64,000 bases of DNA from the human T2T-CHM13v2.0 reference genome, Homo sapiens. A program made the translations under genes and the position numbers. The notes beneath the pieces were generated by a model. It was not told where the DNA came from. It saw only the letters and a list, made by a program, of their open reading frames with translations, and did no database searches. Each line of letters starts with the position of its first letter. Position 1 is the stretch's first letter. This document shows positions 46,108 through 61,284 of this stretch, in pieces. The stretch lies in assembly GCF_009914755.1 (NCBI RefSeq), contig NC_060937.1; one strand, 5' to 3'.

Positions 46108-46869
46108 CTTTAAAGTATACATATTTGTTCACATATTAATAAATGTCTGTCCCATCAATTAGACAGTAAGCTTCATAAGGGCTTATTTTGTGTTGAATAG
46201 TTATTTGTTCCTAGTTTTTAATTAGTTCTTTTAAGCTAGAGATCCTCTCATTCCATGGTGGTTATGAGGATTGAAAGAGTTAGTATACATAGTGTGCATT
46301 TACATACTAGCTACTACGTAAGTGCTATTATTATTATTGCTCATGTTGAAGTCTCTACAATACTAATACGAAGTAGGCCACAAAAATGTTAAGATTAACA
46401 TAATTTACATACAAATTCAGCTCAAGTTAACTGTAAAATAAAATTCCATATTATAGGTTCATTTTCAAAATATATTTTTATTTTCTTCAAACAGCATCAA
46501 GCTAAAGGACCAGGTATGGTTAGACAAGTACATGAATGTGAATTCAACCCTATATTACCAGCACAGGCAAGACCCCATTTCCCAGAATTGGATAAAACTA
46601 GGTAAATGCATGTCTTTGTCTTATATTTATCTAGAGGTGATATAAATAATGTAAAATATTTACAAACAAGCAGAATATTAAAAGGAAGGATAAAGGTTTA
46701 CTTTGGATTAGAAGTTTGTGTAAGCTTTTTTCTCTTTTAATTTGTGTAGACAGCTTTGATATTTAAGGACAAGACAAAAATCACCAAGTAAAAATAATTG
46801 GGAAAGCCAGTATGAATTAGTAAATACTTATAATAACTTAAATCCAAATTCCATCAAGAACTCAATCTT

Positions 46870-47163
46870 GGCCAGGCGCGGTGGCTCACGCCTGTAATCC
46901 CAGCACTTTGGGAGGCCGAGGCAGGCAGATCACAAGGTCAGGAGTTTGAGACCGGCCTGGCCAATGTGGCGAAACCCCGTCTCTACTAAAAATACGAAAA
47001 TTAGCCAGGCATGGTGGCATGTGCCTGTGGTACCAGCTGCTCAGGAGGCTGAGGCAGAGGAGTCGCTTGAACACGGGAGGCAGAGGTTGTGGTGAGCTGA
47101 GATTGCGCTGTTGCACTCCAGCCTGAGCGACAGAGCGAGACTCTGTCTCAAAAAAAAAAAAAA
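46870..47163 (+). mobile_element. AluS
   Basis: TSD AAGAACTCAATCTT. Confidence 0.92.
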
Positions 47164-47271
47164 AGAACTCAATCTTGTCTGAGAGTCTATCAGAGGTACT
47201 CAGAATAATTTAATATATTGATAGCCACAGATTTTTACTAGTATACTTTCTTTCTATGCAAATAGGTGGTT

Positions 47272-47577
47272 TATTTATTTATTTATTTATTTGAGACAGG
47301 GTCTCACTCTGTTGCCCAGGCTGGAGTACAGTGGTACAATCACAGCTCACTGTAGTCTTGGAGCTCCTGAGCTCAAGCTATCCTCCTGCCTCAGCCTCTT
47401 GAGTAGCTGGGACAGAGGTATGTGCCACCGTGCCCAGATAATTTAAATTTTTTTTTTTTTTTTTTTTTTTTTTTGGAGAGACAAGGGACTCCCTATGTTA
47501 CTCCTGGACTAAAGCAATCCTCCCACATTGGCTTTCCAAAGTGCTGAGGTTACAGGCACAAGCCCCTGCGCCCGACC
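47272..47577 (-). mobile_element. AluJ
   Basis: Antisense dimer with expanded middle T-tract. Confidence 0.85.
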
Positions 47578-47963
47578 ACAAGTAGGTGTTTTAAACCAGT
47601 GTTTTTTTTTAACAAGGCACAAACATTCGACTTAAGGGTGACAGCATAGTACTTTACCAGGAATAAAGTTATGTTTTACACATATACACGTGGAAAAATT
47701 AAAACCCTATGAAGTTGGTATTGTCTTATATTAAGTAATGAGGAAACTGAGGCATAAAGTAGCTAAGGATTTTGTTCAAAGAGCAAGTGATGGCATAATC
47801 AGAACTTGAACCCAGGTCTACCCAGCATCAGAGCCCATATTCCTAATCCCCACACTGGGGCTGCAGGAGGAAATTAATGGAAGGATTCCCACAAAACAAG
47901 ACAAATCTTTTACCATATAAATAAATTCACATTATGAGTGGACAAATGAAACTGTACTATTAA

Positions 47964-48309
<346 letters not shown>

Positions 48310-49602
48310 TCTTCATTTTTTTAAATCAGAAAGTGTTTCTAATTTTTATCCCCAAAATAAATAAAGCCTTCTTTATTTTGGGGCAGCGGGTAGGCAGCTA
48401 ATTCTACTGAGATATTTGCCATTCATTTTCCTTGGTTTTCCAACTTCATTAAAGGAAACAAGTGAGAAAGTGAATCTAAGTAACTAATGGAGATGCAACA
48501 AAAATTCAAAGTCATCCCAACAGGATCTCAGACATCAAACCCCTAAAAGGGAATATATAATTCTGTACTTACTGCAACTGGTTCACATGAGGAAAAAAAA
48601 AAAAAAAAGGAAGACTCTGTGAGAGATAACTAAACACTTCCTGGTATTTTTTTAATGGTTCATTTGAAAATCTTTTCAGGAATCGCAAAATAGTGTACAG
48701 TGAGCTCTTCAGGGTATTAAGGCCTGGATAACCCATCAGAAAGCTGCCTCTTTCTGAGCAATTTGATCTGGCAAGATTCCAGGGTAATTACAACCAAATA
48801 AGAAAACAGATGCAACAGTTAATACTTATGCGATGATATGAGCTTAGAAATAAATGGTTGTATCTAAATAAATGCTTTTTAACAGAAAAAAGTCATGCAA
48901 ATCATGTTCATCGTTAACTATTCATGGACACGAGACCATATGTCTGTGACCTTTGTTACTGTTAAGTACTATAGCTTGTAGATACGTGGGTTACTTGAAA
49001 GTAATTGGCTGCTTCTATTGTGGCGAGACACTAATTATTCTGAGGAGGAAAGAAATGCAACAATCTCTAATTGATTTCCAGATTATCCACCCCATCTAAG
49101 GGTAAACCTAAGCTAAATAATAATATTAAAGGCCTGGTACTTTCCAAAAGCTAAGGGATGAAAGAAAATCTACTGTTTATCGGCCATAAGGTTATATACT
49201 GTTTCTTAGCAACCAGGGTTTGTCTTTCAGAGACTAGAAGTCGATGAAAAAGGAGAGACTAAAAATAAAACCATCTGGACAGTTCCAATTCACAGAGGCA
49301 GCACTTCAAAGGCAGTGATGTTGTGATAAACCATACTGTTGAGTTAAAGTTCATTCCATTGGCTAGAAAGAGAGGCTCATGACACTTGCTTAATAAATGT
49401 TTCCCGGATACTCACTGCAGTCACTGAACCAAAGACCAGGAATAAAAGCTACCTATCTGTTCCTGCATAGAGCACATATCAACATCAGGGATGAGAGGTA
49501 CTATGGTCACTCACCTCCTCACTCTCTCAGCTCCACTCCTCTGGTTGTAAGAGGCTAGTTTATCTGCGAGTCTTGCTGGGACGTAGGCTTGCTCCTACCT
49601 AG

Positions 49603-50100
<498 letters not shown>

Positions 50101-50166
50101 TAGGCAGTTCCGACACACCCATATCTTTCAATCCTGTAGCCAGTCACAAAAATCAGGAAAGTAGTA

Positions 50167-50175
50167 TTCCTGGAA
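50167..50175. promoter_or_regulatory. GAS/STAT site TTCCTGGAA in proximal intron 1
   Basis: Palindromic TTCCNGGAA about 220 bp inside intron 1. Confidence 0.5.
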
Positions 50176-50393
50176 GGAACCGGGCTGGTTATTTACCAAA
50201 GGACTGCAAACTAGCCGACTCAATTTATAAGGTGCGGCATGGATACTTTCATTTAAGCAAATGAGCTTTCATTCAGTCAAAATCCCTGTTGTTGGGCCCC
50301 TGTGGTTTTAAACTCCAAGGACCAAGGTGCTTGTGAGTGAGTATGTTTGGGGCCCGGGCTCCCGCCCCGAAGCCAGGTTGTTAAAATACTCAC

Positions 50394-50581
50394 CGCCTCT
50401 GGCCCGCGTGCACGACGCTCTCCCGCGAAGGGCCCTTAGGGGCTGCCTCCAAACCCTCTCTCTGGTCTTCCACGGGGCTCAGCTCCCCTTGCCGCCCAGA
50501 AGGGTCCTGGGGATCCCGGGTCGGGCGGGAGGCAGGGGAGGCGCCGAGCCCGGAGTTCACCACTCTATTGCGGGTGTTCAT
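50394..50581 (-). CDS. EPSTI1: EPSTI1 coding exon 1 (188 nt, MNTRNRVVNSGLGASP...HAGQR-)
   Basis: ATG at 50581 in gaaccATGa context; translation matches the EPSTI1 N-terminus; donor CG|gtgagt at 50393; lies in a CpG island. Confidence 0.96.
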
Positions 50582-50695
50582 GGTTCACAGCCCGCGGGTC
50601 CCGGGCCGCCGTCGCTGCGGGAGGGATGCGGCTGGGACGCTTAGCGAGTCTCAAGATGGGATTCCAAAGTGCAGAGGCAGCGGTTTTAACAGCTG

Positions 50696-50713
50696 AGTTT
50701 CGGTTTCTCAGAA
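50696..50713. promoter_or_regulatory. ISRE (AGTTTCGGTTTCT, 50696-50708) overlapping a GAS site (TTCTCAGAA, 50705-50713)
   Basis: Exact matches to AGTTTCNNTTTC and TTCNNNGAA about 115 bp upstream of the ATG of a known ISG. Confidence 0.85.
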
Positions 50714-51138
50714 TCAGCAGCAGACTGCGCCCGCCCCAGAGAACTTCCCCACGTATTCTCCACTGAGGCCCCGTCCGACCTTATCGCGGGTTAACAGCCC
50801 AGGATGTTGACTTGAGCTGGCTTGGTCGGCTACAGGTGAGACGGTTTAAAGTCTCACAATCACCTTAGAGGTTAATCAGAATAACTGGGATCAGCCACGG
50901 ACACCTGGTGAGCGATTAGCCCGCAGAGTGACTACAATCCTGAAAGATACTTGAGAAACTGTTTAACAGGCAACTCTAATTTGAGGTTACCGCTGGATAT
51001 TTGAGACTGTAAAAAATATATTAACCTTAAAATACCAGAGATTAGGTCAATAACTAAAATCATCTCAACAAAATGTCGCCTTTTATCAGTAATGACTGCT
51101 GTGTGGCTGTTACCAATGCACATACTTTCAAGTTAGAG

Positions 51139-51154
51139 GAAATGGAAACTGAAA
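51139..51154 (+). promoter_or_regulatory. Triple GAAA IRF/ISRE-like element (GAAATGGAAACTGAAA)
   Basis: Three GAAA cores with 2-nt spacers about 0.5 kb upstream of the TSS. Confidence 0.6.
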
Positions 51155-52023
51155 TCAAAAGAAAACAAAAACCTACAAAGCCGGAGAAGTAAGCTAAGGT
51201 AGACATGATTCTCCAGGCAGCCTTGCTAAGTAATTGACTAGACATTCGAGAACTATTAAAAATACCTGCTCTGTGCAGAACAGTGTGCAACGGTGATGTG
51301 GGGACATTTTAAAATATGGATGTGTAAGGCTCAGTTCCTGTAGGTTCAGGGGTGAGCTCTGGCATTCATATTTTTGAAAAGCTCCCAGATGATTCTGATG
51401 TGTGCCAGGGTTGGTCACCAGGGTCACAATGCCGTCTACACAAAGATGAGTGAAGGCTCTTCCCTCATGCTACCTGCATTCTAGGAGTATCCTAGTAGAC
51501 AGGTAAACAAATGGGAATGCCACTTTGGGATAAATGAAATGACAGGCAGCTGTGGAGGCACAGAGAAACTGGGGATTAGCCCTCTGAGTAATTCAGGAAC
51601 AGGGACATTTGAGAATGAGCCACCAAAGACATAGGAATTCACCAAGAAGAAGGAGATGCTATGGCAGAGGCTTGTCACTTAAAATGACATGGTGTGTACT
51701 TAATTCCAGGGGTTGTCATGTGGCTGGAGCACCCCAGTCCTAGGTCAGCAAGACAGTTAGGAGCTGGACTGTCTTCCTTATATTATTGGTGCTTAGAACA
51801 AAAAGACACATACAGGTTTGATAGCTAATGAAAGAATGAAATTGAAGGGTGGGCCAGGGTGGGACAGGAGAGGAGAAAATAATGACAAGGAACATGGTAG
51901 GAAAGTCAGTCAGGATTTCTATGCCATCCTAAGACATTAGGGTTTTGTAGAGTAGGCCAGAGTTTCACAAATTTCAGTAAGCATCAGAACCACTTGGAGG
52001 AGGGTGCGTTAAAACAGATTTAT

Positions 52024-52177
52024 GGCCAGGCACGGTGGCTCACTCCTGTAATTCCAGTACTTTTGGAGGCCGAGGCAGGAGGATTACCTGGAGATCAGGA
52101 GTTGAAGACCAGCCTAGCCAACGTGGCGAAACCCCACCTCCACCTGGGCGACAGAGAGAGACTCCATCTCAAAAAAA
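52024..52177 (+). mobile_element. Internally deleted Alu inside MER5A (~51958-52292)
   Basis: Left arm joins directly to cctgggcgacagag..ctcaaaa of the right arm. Confidence 0.8.
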
Positions 52178-52515
52178 TATATATATAGTTTCTGATTCAG
52201 GTCTGGGATGGGGCCCAAGGATTTGCATTTCTAACAAATTTCCAGGTGATACCAATGATGCCAGTCTCAGGATCACCCTTTGGGAACCACTGTTGTAGGC
52301 AATGTGGAAGGCACAGGAAGTTTTTCAATAGGGCAGTTACTCAATAATATCTGTTTTACAAAGTTAGCTTCTAACAATGTGAAAACGGAGATTGAAAGAT
52401 GAAGAGACTGAAATCGGGAAGATAAATTCAGAGCCTAGTTACGTCTAGGTAAGAAATACAGATCTGAGCTAAGGCAACCCAGAAAGTGGGGAGCAAAATC
52501 AAGACATTTCACATG

Positions 52516-52656
52516 GGCCAGGCTCAGTTGCTCATGCCTGTAATCCCAGCACTTTTGGAGGCTGAGGCAGGAGGATCACCTGAGGCCAGGAGTTTAAGGC
52601 CAGCCTGGGCAGCATGGTAAGACCTCATCTCTACAAAACAAATAAATAAAACATAA
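52516..52656 (+). mobile_element. FLAM / Alu left monomer
   Basis: TSD AAGACATTTCACATG. Confidence 0.85.
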
Positions 52657-52879
52657 AAGACATTTCACATGAGAGATTAGCATAGATAAAAACTAGATGA
52701 AAGAGAGAATTGAGTACTGGAAGGCAGCAGAGAGAAGGGGAGATGGCTTTTATAGTGCTTTGAGACCAGCTTTGCCACATACTGGCCACACAACCAAGGC
52801 CAAATCTCTTAATTCCTCAGAGATCCAGTTTCCTCCTCTGCCTCATGTGGGTATTGTGAGGAATAGAGATCATCCACAT

Positions 52880-53098
52880 CAGTGGTTCTCAAATGGAGTT
52901 GATTTTTCCTCTAGCAGACATCTGGCAATGCCTGGACATATTTTTGATTGTGAAGCCTCAAAGTGGGTAGGTGCTGCTAGCATCTAGTGTGTAAAGGCCG
53001 GGGATGCTCCTAAACATCCTACAATGCACAGAATAGGCCCACATGACAAAGAGTTGTCCTGCCCCACGTGTCAACAGTGTTGAAGTTGAAAAATCCTG
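52880..53098. mobile_element. MER20
   Basis: cagtggttctcaa..ggcaatgcctggacat..gatgctcctaaacatcctacaatgcacag. Confidence 0.8.
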
Positions 53099-53562
53099 AT
53101 CTTCACAGTATGCCTACCTTATAGCCCCAGTAATTTAATGGTTGCTGTCTTTATGGTGACTTTTAGCTTTGTGACTGGATACGAGGTAGAACCATTAACC
53201 TAGAGGAGGGACAAGCTTTGAGGGAAGTTCTAAAAGTCTGTTTAGGTGCTGTTGGGTGTAAGGTACCAGCGGGGTGAGAAACGCAGACCTAGAGATCAAC
53301 AAAAAAGAGGAACAGCAGGGCCTTTCTGGAGGCCATCTTCCACATTGTTCTTTACTAGGAAAATACCCCTGGAACTCTTGTTTCAAAGGAGAAAATTATT
53401 TTGGTGGTTGGATGAAATTTAAAGTTTGAGGAAGGGAAAACCCACACTGGGGGAAAACTGATTCTCCTAAAGGAGCTAGTAATAGGGATGTTGGCCTCAA
53501 GAATATACTTAGTTAACCATATTTGTTTCACAACACAACCACATGTCACACCAAAGTTTCAA

Positions 53563-53632
53563 ACCTGAGATTTCTCACTCCATTCACTTCTTGTTTTACC
53601 TGAGATTTCTCACTCCATTCACTTCTTGTTTT
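53563..53632. repeat. Perfect 35-bp tandem duplication
   Basis: acctgagatttctcactccattcacttcttgtttt x2. Confidence 0.95.
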
Positions 53633-53670
53633 GCCACATTCTCAAAGTGTTTTAAAAAATGTGAATGTGA

Positions 53671-54044
<374 letters not shown>

Positions 54045-56059
54045 TCATCCATTCTTTCACCGTAGGTGTGTGCATTTGGGCGAAAATAAGGGCTGGCCTT
54101 TTACTGGAGTTGTTCTTGGGTGCGTTTTTCTATAGTAGTGGCTGGTGGAGAGAAGCAGAGGTGAGTGGGGAGGGTCCTGGGCCCCTATCCCTATTTAGCC
54201 AAGTACTTTAGCCCCTTATCTCTTCTACTCACTAGGCCACTGCCTAATTTTGTTTGAGGCAAGAATTCAATGGCTTTTAAAAGTTTGAAAAACCACCATA
54301 CTAGACAATTACCTAGGAATATGTTTTAAGAGACATGAGAAAGAAGTGAAATCTAGTGGGATTGTTACCTTACCTGAAATTTGGCCAATTAGAGATTCAT
54401 TTAGGAAATGTTTTTCTTTTCAAATGAAACTGCCTCTGGGAAATAATCATGTATTCGTTCCTTTTGGTAAATGAGTTTAATCTGAGCAAAAGACATTTTG
54501 GCTGGGGAAGAGGAGAACTGAGTGAAAAGAAAAAGGATTCCAAAAGTTGTGTAAAGAAAAACATAAAATGAGGCATTGTTGGGGAATGGAAATTCAGAAA
54601 TACAATGAGCAATTTTAGCCAGCCCTATGAGCTTTAAGAGAGAAGATTAAATCAAAAAGAAACTTTACCAATTTATTTTACTGCAAACATGTCTAAGTGT
54701 GTCTTCTTTCAAGAAAATAAATGGGAATATATGTCTGATTTTTAAATTAATTGCCTTAGATTACTCCTGCATTAATATGTACAAATATAGAGAGAGATAC
54801 ATAAACTCTAAGACTTTTCTTGTCATAAAATGTGTAAATGAAAAAAATCTTAGTTTTTGAAAATTCTAAAAAGTCACATTTCCTTAAATTTGATTCTTCA
54901 GTGGAAAGTTAGATTAATCTAAGAGATTTAGGACAGCAGTTATCTAAAGGTTTTTTTTTTCTCTTCTAACAAAGGAGTTATGTAAAACTCTGAATATTTG
55001 GTATCTCCTCATTTTTAGTGTGTGTGTGTATGTATGTGTTTGAGCATACCTGTATTGTGACAACTCCATGTGAAATTCTTCAAATCCTACCATAGAATTG
55101 TGAAATGGTACAATTATGAGTCACCATAAGTTCGTACAGGAAATATTTTTTGAATGACAAGCATGTATCATTCTTTGCATCATACCATGGAGCTACAGTG
55201 GTAAGCAGACAGAATCTTGTTATTCCACCTTCATATTTAAGAGCATCTAACCACTTTATTCTAAACAAGGAGACAGAGGCTTAGAGAAGCCAAATGACTC
55301 ACCAGCACTGCGCACAAACTAGTGGCATAGCTGGAACATAAATTTAAGTTGTCCGAGCCCCAAGTGTAGCTTTTCATATTTTGGAAGATGATTGTGACAA
55401 AATGTCTCTTTTGACAAAATTCAGAATTCGGCATGTTTTTTACTTATTATAATTATCCCAATGAGCAGCTGTGCATTACTTTCTAAAATCAAAATGACTA
55501 TGCCAAAGTTTCTGAACCTGTCAGAATCAACATTAATAAAAACCTTAACACTCCAATATTTACCCCTATAATTACACGATCAAATGATCTCTACAATGAT
55601 GCTGTTTTATACAACTTGTCAACATTTCATGAATTGCAAATATGCTACATTTGGGCTAAAAGGCCTTTTCTTTAACCGTGTTAAAATAGTGAGCCTTATA
55701 GTGTAGTGCAAAGAATTCTACTTAAGAATGGAAAGATACACTATTTTTCGGATGACAATGTGTACTGTCACTTGGGGAAATGAGGAATGTAGAAATGTGC
55801 TTTAAATGATATTTCCTACCCTCAGATAGGTGGCTGAATTTCCTTGTTTGTAAATTCAAATCTGAGGAGTAGGTAACAGCTGCCATATCTGGGTTCTAAC
55901 ACTGTGTAGTAGCTGTCACAAGATCTCTGCTAGCTGCAGGAATGGAAGGAATTTCCCTTAACTTTGGGGAAACTTCTGTAGACTCAGTGGCGTTGACAGG
56001 GAGATTACCCTGAAGGGTTTCTTTAGCTGTGATAAATGAATCAAACAGAAACTCTCTAA

Positions 56060-56386
<327 letters not shown>

Positions 56387-56908
56387 TTAAAGTACCAGTT
56401 ATTTTTACTCAATATCTGTTCCTTTTCCAATGATGCCCCTTCTTAGGGAACTCCTAACTGTTCTGATGTTTTAACTCCAAGCCAACACTTTTGTGAGCTT
56501 CATGGTCCTTCGTAAATATCACCAGGTATGTAAGAAAACGTGGTAGAGGGGAAAGAGTAATGGCCACAAAGGCAGAAGACCTGAACTTGAGACCTGGCAA
56601 AGCCATTTAAAGAGTTTTGTGACCTCAGGCAATCATTGAAACTCTCTGAACTTTAGTTGCTTTATTTGTAAGATGGAAATATTAATCATAATAACCCACC
56701 TGTCCTATCTACCTTTTAGAAGCTTGTGAGGGCCATAAATTGCACCTTGATGCAATATAAGTTGATGTTATAATTTTTGAGTTGTCAATGTTAGAGCTTT
56801 ATATATTTTTTCTAATAATACTTAAATTTGTCCTCAAAGAATTCTTAACTTCAGTTTCAGTGGCTTTTGGTTTTAAATTGCTAAAGCATTACAGAGCTAT
56901 ATCTTTAG

Positions 56909-57249
<341 letters not shown>

Positions 57250-57612
57250 TCAGAATAGAAATAAAGTAGCGTTTATAGTTTTACTTACCAATATAGAAAT
57301 GCCTGGCACAGAATACAGTTTCCAGTGAAGCTGGAACTCTGTTGTCATAACTAGGAGACACTGGGCATTCCATAGACATTTTGTGACAATGTTCCATCCT
57401 GATATCTTCTGGTAGCTAACAAGAGTTTCATTTCCGGGGATAAGGCCTTGGGTTCTCCTGTTTGACTTGACTTAGAAAAGGAGTCATATTAGGAATTTCC
57501 ATGACCTTTCATGTTTCCAGGACTGGGATATAGGGCTGGGATTCTCCATAGGCACATCACATGGGTTAGAGTTCCAGACTTTTCAGTATAGTCCACAGTA
57601 GCCCACCAATTA

Positions 57613-57692
57613 TTAGGTTGGTGCAAAAATAATTGCAGTTTTTATCATTAAAAATAATGGCAAAAACCACATTTACTTTTGCACCTACCTAA
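57613..57692. mobile_element. MADE1 (Hsmar1-derived MITE)
   Basis: 80-bp near-palindrome ttaggttggtgcaaaa..ttttgcacctacctaa. Confidence 0.9.
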
Positions 57693-57829
57693 ATATATGG
57701 CTCCTCTCCTTGAATTACCAGTAAGACAGTCCTTGACCAAGAGAGAGTGATGAGAATGGTTAAAGTAATGAGGTTACAGGCAGTCTGAAGAAAGTGAGTA
57801 GTCCCTGTGTTATCCATCAATGCAGGACA

Positions 57830-58462
57830 CTTCTCCAGGTGGCCATGGACCAATCCAGTTCTCCCTCATTTCTTGCGCATGGTTGTCAACAGAATGTGCT
57901 GGGAATGTTGTATCCTGAGATAGAAAGAAACGGCCTGAAATAACCCAGGCCTTGTTTCTGTCCCTCCTAAGGAATGTAACATCTTGAGTTAGAGAGGGAC
58001 TGCCTGGGACAGCCCAGGCTTTGTTCCTCTGTCCCCTAGAAGCAGGATGTCCTTCAAAGCTTTGCCCAGTGACATGGCCTCAAGTGCATAACCCAGGGCA
58101 GACTGCTTTTCGGGGTCCCTCAGCTGTGCTGCAAGTGGGGCATGCACAGTCAAGACTGCATCCTCCCTGGGCAGCTTTCTTGAGCCTTGGGGACTTGTTC
58201 ACAATGGATCTGAGACATCTTCTGTTCCTTACCATCTGTAAGTAGTAAACCAGTTTCATGTAACTTGTGTGTGAGTGTGTTCTGTCTCATTAAACTCAGA
58301 CAAGTACCTAACCAGTATATCGTGGACCTAAATAGTAGCCCAGGATGCAGTGGGCATAAATATATCGACTCCTGTTTCTGATGTATGGCATAGTGAACTT
58401 TGCTATTCTCCATGCAGTGGAGGTTCTCACTCAGGGTCAGCGATTAGTGAACTTGCTTCACA
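57830..58462 (+). mobile_element. ERVL-type LTR (MER54/MER74-like)
   Basis: ggggtccctcagctgtg..gggcagctttcttgagccttgggg..gtgagtgtgttctgtctca. Confidence 0.55.
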
Positions 58463-58734
58463 ATGAAGAGCTTGCTGTTCAAGCTTCTGGTTTTGTCAAA
58501 TAGTCCTGTGTTTAGATTTTGGCTCTACTACGTACAACTGTGTGACTTTGGGCAAATTACTGAACATCTCAGGGCCTCAGTTTCTTCTCCTGTGAAATAG
58601 GAATAATATTTACATGACCTACTGAATAGTGTTGTTGTATACATTAGGTAAGTATGAAATGCTTCATATCATGTATCCAACATAGTATATTCAATAAATG
58701 TTGTGATCATTATTATTTAAGCTCTGAAAAAACA

Positions 58735-59200
58735 AAGTGAGCAGGGCAAAATACTTGAACAAGCACTTTACACGCACACACACAAATATCCAAATGGCTA
58801 ACAAATATATAAAAAGGAACTTCATTTGTCACAGAGGAAATGCAAACTATAACCATAATGAGATATCTCTATACACTCAACAAAATGGTTAAAATGAAAG
58901 AGAAAGACTGTTTTGGGCAAAGAGGTGAAACAACTAAAACAACTCTGCTAGTGGACTTGTAAATCAATACAACCTTTTTAGAAAACAGTTTAGCAGAATC
59001 ATCTAAGGCTGAACATTTTTATATCCAAGCAATTCCATTCCCAGATGTCCAACACAACTGTGTACATGTATTCACCAAAAGTCTTATATGAAAATGTTCA
59101 TATCAGCATTATTCATTGAAGTGTAAAACTAGAAACTACTCAAATGCCTATCAATCATAGAGGAATAAATTGCAGTATATTCCTATAATATAATACTACA
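58735..59200 (+). mobile_element. Old L1M ORF2 3' fragment
   Basis: caaatggctaacaaata..gaaatgcaaac..agcaattccattc..caaatgcctatcaa. Confidence 0.7.
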
Positions 59201-60000
59201 TATGAGGAGTTATATGTTTGTTATTCTGTAAGTACTAGTTGGCCATTATCTTACTTCCTCAGGCCGTCCCCATGTGTCGTTGGACTTCCGTCTAACTCAT
59301 CTCACTTACATAACTTACATTAGTTAAACTTTAGGCTCAGCTGCAGTTGTAGAGAATGAAAATAACTACAGTTTAAATACATGGAAGTTTGCTCTTAGAT
59401 GCCAGTCCGGGCATATGCAGGCCAGGGGCTAGGATGAGGACTTAATGGAGTCAAGGATCTAGACTTCCCCATTTGCTCCACTCTGCCTTCTCTACCGTGT
59501 TGCTCTTACTTGCATCCAACACATACACAATGTAGCCAGTGAGAAGGGGGAAAAGGATACTGGAGGGCAAGTTCATTCCCTTTAAGGGTACAACTTAAAG
59601 ATTGCATACAATGCTTTTATTTACGTTTCACTGGCCAAAATTTAGTTGCATGGCCAAACCCAGTCACAAGAGAAACTAAGAAATGTGGTCTTAACTAGAT
59701 GTAGGCATACTGTAGTAGCTAGCCTCCAAAGTGGCCTCCAATGGCTCTTGCCTTCAGGCATTTATATCCTTATGCTGTTTGTTTCCTCCAACATTGAACA
59801 GGACTATCTGGTGTAACCTTCAGCCTCCATTAAGTTGACTACAATTCTAGTTGACATCTTGACTGCAACCTGAGGCAGAAACATGCGGCTAAGCTGCTCC
59901 TGAATTTCTGACTCTTAGAAATTATTTGAGAAAATAACTATTTAATGTTGTTTTAAGCCACTATATGTCAGGATAATTTGTTATAAGCAATAGATAACTA

Positions 60001-60340
<340 letters not shown>

Positions 60341-60896
60341 AGAGAATGGGACGTGGTGTATGAAATTTTAGATAGAGTGGCCAGGGGAAATATTAATGTG
60401 GCCTCTGAGTAGGGGTGTAAAGAATGTGTGAGCACAGGAAGAGTATTTTGGGTAAAATCATGTTTATAGTCAAAGTGTTTATCAACCAGTATGCCACGGG
60501 CACTGACAAAACAGAATAGGTGCCCAAAAAATAAACACTGAGACAGATCATAAACATTCATCAGGGCCTCAGGTGGAGCCCCAGCTGCATATCAGCTGTG
60601 AGCAGAGGGAAAAGAAGTCAAAGACCCTGGGGTGGGAGAGTGGCTGTGTTTGATAAACCACAAAAAGGCCAATGTGAGCAGAGGGAGAGAGCAGGAGGAA
60701 ATGAGGACAGAAATATAATATAACATAACATGTGGGCCATACAGTATAGTGTCATTTAAGTCATAGTAAAGCCTTTGGCATTTATTCTGCATGAAACGGG
60801 AAATGTTTGAAAGATTTTGTGGAAAGGAACAACATGGTGTTATATGTTTTAACGTGATCACTCGGGCTGGTATACTGAAAACAGACTGAAGCAAAA

Positions 60897-61284
60897 TGTT
60901 ATAGATTGAAGGTTTGTGTCCTCCCTAAATTCATGTGTTGAACCCTAACCCCCATTGCGATGGTATATAGAGGTAGGGCCCTTGTGAGGTAATTAGGTTT
61001 AGATGAGGTCATGAGGGTGGGGCCCTCATGATAAGATTAGTGGTCTTATAAGAACAGGAAGAGAGACAGATCTCTCTCTTTCCATGTGAACAGAGGAAAG
61101 GCTGTATAAGGATAGTGAGAAGGAGGCCTTCTGCAACCCCAGGGGAGAGTCCTCACCAGACATTGACCCTGCTAACACCTTGATGTTGGACTTAAAGTTT
61201 CTAGATATGTCAGAAAATAATTTTTAGTTGTTTAAGCCACTCAATCTATGGTGTTTTGTTATGTCAGCCCAAGTTGACTATGAC
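60897..61284 (+). mobile_element. MaLR LTR (MLT1A/MST-like) inserted in an antisense L2 (~60350-61800)
   Basis: tgttatagattgaa..tgtgtcctccctaaattc..gttgtttaagccactcaatctatgg..gactatgaca. Confidence 0.78.

Larger units (their letters stand above)
50330..50930. promoter_or_regulatory. CpG island / EPSTI1 promoter
   Basis: Dense CpG and GC content over exon 1 and upstream; GC box ccgccc near 50731. Confidence 0.88.

Noticed and set aside
50327-50644. 105-aa ORF antisense to exon 1
   Set aside because: GTG start and GC-rich shadow ORF of the CpG island
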